From Halorarum halobium (GTDB lineage: Archaea > Halobacteriota > Halobacteria > Halobacteriales > Haloferacaceae): DNA of 64,000 nt. The stretch lies in NCBI RefSeq assembly GCF_032116555.1, contig NZ_CP134949.1, positions 992,001 through 1,056,000 of the forward strand. Reading direction: 5' to 3'. Below are positions 58,131 through 64,000 of the stretch, in pieces. The translations under genes and the position numbers were made by a program. The notes beneath the pieces were generated by a model. That model saw only the letters and a list, made by a program, of their open reading frames with translations, was not told the origin of the DNA and ran no database searches. How positions within the stretch are numbered: position 1 is the first letter of the stretch; every line of letters starts with the position of its first letter.

Positions 58131-59288
58131 TTACCGGAGCTTTCGCCGGAGCCAATCGAGCGCCGACACGTCCCGCGACCCCGCGTCCAGCCTGATCGGC
58201 CCCCAGCCCACGAGTGCGGCCGCGAGCGCGACGAACCCGACGGCGACGAGCGCGTCGATCACGACGATCGGGGCCCAGGGGTGGAGCCGGTACAGGGTCT
58301 CGATCGTCGACGTCGGCAGCACCGCGAGATACCGGTGTTCGTGGAAGGAGCGCCGGTAGTACCCCGTCTCCGGCGGCGCCTGCAGCGTGACCGTGGCGTT
58401 CGCCCGGCTGTTGGCGGCGATCGACATGCTCTCGGGCGAGACGCTGATCCCCTCGCTCGTCGGCTCGAAGAACACGACGACCGGGACGATGCCGTTGCTC
58501 GGGACGGTGTAGGTGAGGTTCTCCGACTCGCCGGCCGGGATCACTCCCTGCCGCCCTGAGTCGCTCTGGGAGCTCACCACGTCGAACTGCTGCTGGCCGC
58601 CGGGGACGACCATGCTCGCGGTGATGACGGTGACGAGGACGACCGCGAGCACGAGGATGACCGCACGTGCGTCGACGGACCCCGTCTTGCGCCGTCCGTT
58701 GCTCCGGCGTCGCTGGGTCCGCGGGGAGCCGAACAGCTCCGTGAGGACGTACGCGACCGTGCCGATCGCGAACAGGAGATAGGAGAGCCCCTGGGTGCCG
58801 AGCACCGCACGCGTCCCGAGCAGGATCGCGAGCTGCTGCTGGAACCCGGTGAGCACGTCGTTGACGCCGGTGACGAGCGTGCCCAGCCCCGGCAGGACGA
58901 CCACCTCGCCGCCGACCTGGAGCGCCTTGGCGACCACCTGGTCCTCGCCGACGGGCGGCTCGACGCCGTCCTGGTCGGTGACCGGGTTCGCGTCGCCCCT
59001 GGTGACGTAGCCGGCGTCCGTCTCGCCCACCACGCGGTGGGTCGTGAGACCACCCCCGTGCAGCTCCTGTGCCTCGAACACGATGACGTTGCCGGGCTCG
59101 ACCGGGCCGGCGATCGCCATCGGGACGGCGACGAACCCGTCGCCCGGATCCATGGTCGGGGCCATGCTCCCGGTCTCGACGTAGCCGAGCAGGACCGGCT
59201 GGCCGAGGACCTGCCCGAGAAACAGCGACAGGACGACCAGTGCCACGCACGCGGTGAGGACGTAGCCGACCAGTGAGCGCAGGTTCAT
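58131..59288 (-). CDS. Signal peptidase I, S26B/SipW-like, with C-terminal membrane and Ig-like extension
   Basis: VETGSMAPT (Ser), TTHRVV (His), TRGDANPVTD. Confidence 0.9.
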   Translation of the reverse strand: MNLRSLVGYVLTACVALVVLSLFLGQVLGQPVLLGYVETGSMAPTMDPGDGFVAVPMAIAGPVEPGNVIVFEAQELHGGGLTTHRVVGETDAGYVTRGDANPVTDQDGVEPPVGEDQVVAKALQVGGEVVVLPGLGTLVTGVNDVLTGFQQQLAILLGTRAVLGTQGLSYLLFAIGTVAYVLTELFGSPRTQRRRSNGRRKTGSVDARAVILVLAVVLVTVITASMVVPGGQQQFDVVSSQSDSGRQGVIPAGESENLTYTVPSNGIVPVVVFFEPTSEGISVSPESMSIAANSRANATVTLQAPPETGYYRRSFHEHRYLAVLPTSTIETLYRLHPWAPIVVIDALVAVGFVALAAALVGWGPIRLDAGSRDVSALDWLRRKLR

Positions 59289-59493
59289 GTGTCTCCTCCT
59301 GTTGGGCCGGAGTTCGCCCCGAGCAGCCCGCCTCCGCCGCTCGGTGGAGTCGTGCCGGGAACGGCGCGGACTGGCCGAGTGATGTCACCAGCACGCAACG
59401 GACGGGCCAGGTTATGGCTGTCGGTACTCGACGGGGGCGGGTGCAGGCGACCGACCGCACGTGGACGTGGCGGCCCTCCGTGGCGCCGGCGGC

Positions 59494-59835
59494 TCACGTC
59501 GACGCGACGAACAGGATCCAGGTGTTCCAGACGGTGACCAGAACGCCGAGGGTCGCCAGCCCGAGCGGGACGCCGACGCGGTGTGGACGGGGCGTCAGCC
59601 GCCAGAGCCCCACACAGAGCGCGACGGTGAGTCCTTTGAGGACGACCAGCGGCACGTAGCCGTGGGTGAGGACGTACGCCGCGACCGGTCCGACCTCGAC
59701 GACCTGGTCCAGGCTGAGGCCGATCGTCGTCGTCACGAGGTCGCCACAGACGAAAAACAGCACCGCGCCGAGCCAGAGGTAGGCGCTCCTCGCGGTGAAG
59801 TACCGTATCGTCTCCTCGCCGAACGCTCGTGACAT
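59494..59835 (-). CDS. Small membrane protein (DUF5658-like)
   Basis: FFVCGDLVTT.IGL...EVGPV, LK, VTVWN; three to four TM. Confidence 0.7.
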   Translation of the reverse strand: MSRAFGEETIRYFTARSAYLWLGAVLFFVCGDLVTTTIGLSLDQVVEVGPVAAYVLTHGYVPLVVLKGLTVALCVGLWRLTPRPHRVGVPLGLATLGVLVTVWNTWILFVAST

Positions 59836-59914
59836 CCGTAGTGACCGTACGTCGACCGAGCGGAGCGTAAATATGTCGGTCACGTACACAGTGTCGCCGG
59901 CTTAAACTATCCGT

Positions 59915-60352
59915 TCAGGCGACGTCGCTTCCCCGCTCGACCGGCACCGTGAGCACCTGCACGGGCGCGGCACGAACCACGCGCTCGGTCGTGCTCCCGA
60001 GGTTGACTAGCCTGTCGAGGCCCGTCCGGCCGTGGGTGGCCATCACGACGAGGTCCGCGTCGTACGCGTCGATCGCCGCGACGATCTCGGCGTGCGGGAC
60101 GCCCCAGCGGACGTGCTTTTCGACGCTGAGGCCCCGCTCGGCGGCCGCCCCGCCGACGTCGTCCAGCGCCGCCTCGGCCCGCCGTTCCGCGTCCTCGACG
60201 ACGTGGTCGTACTCCCGGGTGACGTGCCGCTCGTCCACGACGAACAGCGCGTGAACCGTCGCGTCGTGCTCCTCGGCGAGCCGCAGGCCCGCGTCGACGC
60301 CACGCCGCGCGCCGTCGCTCCCGTCCGTCGGCAGGAGGATGTTCGCGTACAT
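59915..60352 (-). CDS. Universal stress protein
   Basis: ILLPTDGS, MATHGRTG...GSTTERVVR. Confidence 0.94.
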   Translation of the reverse strand: MYANILLPTDGSDGARRGVDAGLRLAEEHDATVHALFVVDERHVTREYDHVVEDAERRAEAALDDVGGAAAERGLSVEKHVRWGVPHAEIVAAIDAYDADLVVMATHGRTGLDRLVNLGSTTERVVRAAPVQVLTVPVERGSDVA

Positions 60353-60706
60353 GGGGGCGCATCTCGGGTGGAGGAGATAAATGGGGGTGCCGGCGGTCAG
60401 GTGCGGCAGCGGCCGGAACGTGCAGGCTCAGTCGGCACGGGATGGAATCGACCATGACGGTCGGTCGACGGCCGGTGAGGACGGCGATCAGAAGTGGCCG
60501 GTCGAGTTCCCGAGCACCTCGTGACAGCGCTCACGACACTCGATGCCGGACGATTCTGGGCACTTGTTGCCGGACGATTCCGGGCCGAGAGACAGCACCT
60601 CGCGCCGGTCGTGGCGACACGCCATGTGGGGGAGAGGTGGCTGGAGTATCCTTGGTAGGAAGATGTTTCCGACCGGTTCCGGCGACTCGACCGGGGGAGT
60701 CCGCCG

Positions 60707-61138
60707 TCACCGGAGTTCCACCGACGCGGGGGCCGCCCGGACCGCGTCGTCGGTCGCTCGCTCCACCGCACACGCCCCCGCGGCGCCCAGCCGATCGGCC
60801 GCGGTCGCCGCGTCGTCCCACGCGTACTCGACGTGTTCGCCGCTCAGCGACACCGTCCGCACCTCCGTGGTGCAGGGGTAGTAGACGCCGAAGCGGCCGC
60901 GGTCGTCGTCGTTCCGCCAGGCGGTCGCGTGCACCGGCGGCCCGACGTCGACCGTCAGGCCGGTCTCCTCGGCGATCTCGCGTTCGAGTCCGGGGACCGC
61001 ATCCTCGTCGTGGTCGAGGCGACCGCCGGGCAGTTCCCACTCGCCGTCGCTCGCCCGGCGGACGACGAGCACGTCTCCCCCGCCGTCGCGGATGATCCCC
61101 CGGAGGCTGATCGTCGCCCGGAGCGGTCTGTCCGTCAT
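60707..61138 (-). CDS. NUDIX hydrolase
   Basis: Nudix box WELPGGRLDHDEDAVPGLEREIAEETGL. Confidence 0.92.
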   Translation of the reverse strand: MTDRPLRATISLRGIIRDGGGDVLVVRRASDGEWELPGGRLDHDEDAVPGLEREIAEETGLTVDVGPPVHATAWRNDDDRGRFGVYYPCTTEVRTVSLSGEHVEYAWDDAATAADRLGAAGACAVERATDDAVRAAPASVELR

Positions 61139-61254
61139 GGAGGCTCGTGGGGCGGTGTCCGGTAAGTTAGTCGGCCGATACCGGCGTCCGTGCACCCGCG
61201 TCCGGCCTCCCCCGATGACAAGAATTTAAGCGTCGTCCGACGACGGTTCAGCCG

Positions 61255-61596
61255 ATGACCGAGTACACCGTCGAGTTCGTCGGCACGGGCGAGACGCTCG
61301 AGATGTCCGACAAGGAGACCATCCTCGGCGCGTGCATCGACGCCGGCATCGCCCAGGAGTACTCCTGCCGGGTCGGCATGTGTCTGGCCTGCTCGGCCGA
61401 GATCGTCGAGGGCGAGGTCGCCCAGGCCGCCGCGGTCGCCCGGGGGCTCACCGAGGCCGAGGCCGAGGAGTACGCGCTCACCTGCATGGCCCGGCCCCAG
61501 TCGGACCTGAAACTGGATCGGGGCGAGTACCCGCCCAGCATCGAGGACGACGCCGCGAACCTGGACGGGGCCGACGGCGCCGCCGCGGACGACTGA
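61255..61596 (+). CDS. 2Fe-2S ferredoxin
   Basis: CRVGMCLAC...LTC; TTTAAG TATA at 61225. Confidence 0.92.
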   Translation: MTEYTVEFVGTGETLEMSDKETILGACIDAGIAQEYSCRVGMCLACSAEIVEGEVAQAAAVARGLTEAEAEEYALTCMARPQSDLKLDRGEYPPSIEDDAANLDGADGAAADD

Positions 61597-61682
61597 ACGT
61601 TCCCCTGGTTCCGTGATGTCCGACTATTCGAGGTTGCCGTCGCTGAACTCGCCGTCAGGTAGGTCTCCGTATGGTTAGTGCG

Positions 61683-61865
61683 CTACTGAAACACCCAGTA
61701 GATGATACCGAGGATAGAGACGGCAAGGAGGAGGAGAAATCCTTCGACGAGAAGGACACCGGCACCCCTGGTAGTTTGGAGAATGGACCAAAACTGTGCC
61801 CCGAGGAGAACGATCAGGAGCCAGATGATGATATTGAGTCGAAAAACCACGTCGTCCCGTACCAT
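61683..61865 (-). CDS. Possible small low-GC two-TM protein
   Basis: MVRDDVVFRLNIIIWLLIVLLGAQFW...LLLLAVSILGIIYWVFQ; AT-rich DNA. Confidence 0.45.
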   Translation of the reverse strand: MVRDDVVFRLNIIIWLLIVLLGAQFWSILQTTRGAGVLLVEGFLLLLAVSILGIIYWVFQ

Positions 61866-62028
61866 TGTACTATTGTTCGACGTAATGAAGTAAAAGCTCA
61901 TCGATAGGGCCCCTGTACGTGGCGAACTACCTCACCTGTTTCTCTCGATCAAAGTACCCTGTCGACTGTGTGAACGAGACTGTTGAGCACGGCCGCTTTC
62001 TGCGGTTTCAACGGACCGACTTCCACCC

Positions 62029-62826
62029 CTACCGATTCGCTTCCATCCACTCGACCCCGAAGTCGACGAGCGGCCGCTGGTCCACGAGCGTCGCGGTCGC
62101 CTCGCCGACGCTCCCGCGCTCCATCCCGTATTCCCGTTCGTAGGCCGCCTCGATCTCCCGGAAGTCGTCAGGGCCGGCGACGGTCTCGAACGTCACCCAG
62201 CGCCGCTCGCCGTCCACGAGCATCGGGCCGCCGTCGGACTGGAACGACTTGTCGTACTCGGCGCGACGCTCGGCGAGGTGGAGCGACGTGTTGGCCTCGA
62301 CGCCCAGCCGGAGGACGGAGGCGTCCAGATCGTACAGGCGGGCGAGCGGCGACGTCTCGCCGAACGGCGGGTCGACGGCGTGGTCGGCGACGACGGCCTC
62401 GGCCCCCTCTCCCCACGCCGCAAACGAGGAGGTCGGGTGGCGGCTCCGGACGACCTCCGGATGGTCGCGGAAGCACTCGGCGACCGCGCCCATCATCCTG
62501 GTGGGGGTGAGTTCCGGGCGGTACGGCGGCATCGTCTCCCTGATCTCCGCGATCCAGTCGTCGGGAACCGGGGGGTTCTCCCAGTTCGACGGGTCCGAGA
62601 GCTGGGTGGAGTGGGTCGGCATGGCGAGCGTGCCGACGGGGGTGACGACGTCCAGCAGGGCGTCGACGACGGCTGGCGCGCCGCCGGGTACCCACCCGAG
62701 CGAGGAGAGCGAGGCGTGGACGAGCACGGCGTCGCCGGCGTCGACGCCCAGCGCGCGGAGGTCCCCGGCGATCCGGTCGGCGGTGACCGGCGCGTCGCTT
62801 CGGTCGATCGCGTCCGCTTCGGTCAT
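62029..62826 (-). CDS. AAC(3)/YokD family N-acetyltransferase
   Basis: VHASLSSLGWV.GG, MPTHS, MGAVAE, RSRHP, NTSLHLAE. Confidence 0.9.
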   Translation of the reverse strand: MTEADAIDRSDAPVTADRIAGDLRALGVDAGDAVLVHASLSSLGWVPGGAPAVVDALLDVVTPVGTLAMPTHSTQLSDPSNWENPPVPDDWIAEIRETMPPYRPELTPTRMMGAVAECFRDHPEVVRSRHPTSSFAAWGEGAEAVVADHAVDPPFGETSPLARLYDLDASVLRLGVEANTSLHLAERRAEYDKSFQSDGGPMLVDGERRWVTFETVAGPDDFREIEAAYEREYGMERGSVGEATATLVDQRPLVDFGVEWMEANR

Positions 62827-62867
62827 GGGTCGCCCGACGCCATCGGCCGTGAAAACGGCCCCGTTTC

Positions 62868-64000
62868 CTAGCTCACCGCGCAGTTGTTCGGGCCGAGCTC
62901 CGCCTCGAAGGCGTCGTCGTCGTCCATCGACTCACGGCCGAGGTTCGTCGCGATGATCCGCTCGTAGTTCGAGGGTCGCGGCGGGAGGTCCGAGGCGACC
63001 CGCTCCACGAACGCCGCGCGGTCGAGTTCCAGCACGTCCATGTCGCGGAGGTCGCCCAGCGGTGCGGCGTAGCTCCCGTCGACGGCGTCGGCGTGATCTG
63101 CGTAGTGGCCCGGCGCGACGAGGGTCCCGTCGGGCAGCGTGAGCAGGCGCTCGTGGAGCGTGTCGTACCCGCGCTCGGCGTACTCGCGGGCGGCCCCGTC
63201 GCCCCGTTCGAGGTCCGGGCGGCCGACGCTCCGGAGGAACAGCGCGTCGCCGGTGAACAGCACGTCCGCGCCCTCGTCGCCGTCCCGCAGCCGGAACGCC
63301 GTGAGTTCGCTCGTGTGACCCGGCGCGTGGATCGCCTCGAGGGCCACGTCGCCCACTTGAAGCTCCTCGCCGTCCTCGACGAACTCCGCGTCGAAGGCGA
63401 GCCCGCGGTCAGACGCTCCCGCGGGGAGGACCACCTCGCCGTGGGCGCGGTCGCCGAGTTCGCGGACGCCGCTCACGTGGTCGGCGTGGACGTGTGTGTC
63501 GAGCGCGTACCGGAGTTCGGCGTTCCACTGCGGGAGGTCGTGCTCGTACCGCTCCGCGAACGCCCGCAGCGGGTCGACGATCGCCGCCTCCCCGTCGGAG
63601 GCGACGAGGTACGCGAGACAGCCCGACGATGGGCGCTGGTACTGGACGACGGTCGCCTCGCCGGCGTCGAGTTCCACGGCGAGGGCCGTCCGCGCCCAGT
63701 CGGTCATCCCGCCGGCGAGGTTGACGGCGTCGAGCCCCGATTCGCGTAGCATTTCGGCGACCTCCGCGCTCGCCTTTCCGCGGGGGCAGACGACGACGAT
63801 GGACCCGGAGAGTTCGGCCAGTTCGTCGGGAATCAGATCGGCGGGATTCCCGCGCGCGTTCGCGGCGATGAACTTCGCGTGGGGGACGAGCGCGTCGGTG
63901 ACGGTCCGCCCCTCGACGTGCCACGTTTCGTACTCGTCGCGGTTCCGCACGTCGAGGACTGCCACCCGTTCGCCGGCGCGAAGCCGCTGAGCCAGCGCTT
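62868..64000 (-). CDS. Rhodanese plus MBL-fold metallo-hydrolase (persulfide dioxygenase-like); start lies beyond the window
   Basis: LDVRN...CPRG...LAGGM rhodanese; THVHADH, GHT, FTGD, PGH; GPNNCA. Confidence 0.9.
   Translation of the reverse strand, partial: ALAQRLRAGERVAVLDVRNRDEYETWHVEGRTVTDALVPHAKFIAANARGNPADLIPDELAELSGSIVVVCPRGKASAEVAEMLRESGLDAVNLAGGMTDWARTALAVELDAGEATVVQYQRPSSGCLAYLVASDGEAAIVDPLRAFAERYEHDLPQWNAELRYALDTHVHADHVSGVRELGDRAHGEVVLPAGASDRGLAFDAEFVEDGEELQVGDVALEAIHAPGHTSELTAFRLRDGDEGADVLFTGDALFLRSVGRPDLERGDGAAREYAERGYDTLHERLLTLPDGTLVAPGHYADHADAVDGSYAAPLGDLRDMDVLELDRAAFVERVASDLPPRPSNYERIIATNLGRESMDDDDAFEAELGPNNCAVS

Noticed and set aside
60543..60587. Direct repeat TGCCGGACGATTC(T/C)GGGC twice
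   Set aside because: Two copies with a very short gap; no array or associated genes.
62029..62826. Aminoglycoside resistance gene
   Set aside because: YokD-like AAC(3) homologs are widespread with unknown substrates; native codon usage and no mobile context.
1..64000. tRNA, rRNA, CRISPR arrays, transposases, integrases
   Set aside because: None recognised by eye; tRNAscan-SE, Infernal and ISEScan were not run.

Overview
High-GC haloarchaeal (class Halobacteria) chromosomal segment, judged from acidic proteins, TFB, halocyanin, Tat lipoproteins and leaderless TATA promoters. About 55 genes are supported; most long Arg/Pro-rich ORFs in the track are shadow frames. Main blocks: housekeeping and stress genes (1-10 kb); a COG1361-like surface protein plus RND/MMPL exporter; a phosphohexomutase plus BMP-type nucleoside ABC transporter; geranylgeranyl reductase, M20 amidohydrolase, rhomboid, METTL5-like methylase and TFB; a dispersed menaquinone cluster (menF, menD, menB, menA, menC) interrupted by a PemK/MazF-type toxin-antitoxin pair, Tat lipoproteins and an MFS transporter; fatty-acid activation genes. 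At 49.5-59.8 kb is a putative SipW-type-peptidase-dependent surface filament locus (DUF1102/TasA-like pilins, PKD anchor, DUF5305, membrane wHTH regulator), whose likely major subunit lacks a twin-arginine motif. Also notable: two families of modular palindromic intergenic repeats and a clearly coding ORF with no canonical start codon. No rRNA, tRNA, CRISPR array or transposase was recognised. Family names come from motif recognition and memory, not database searches.
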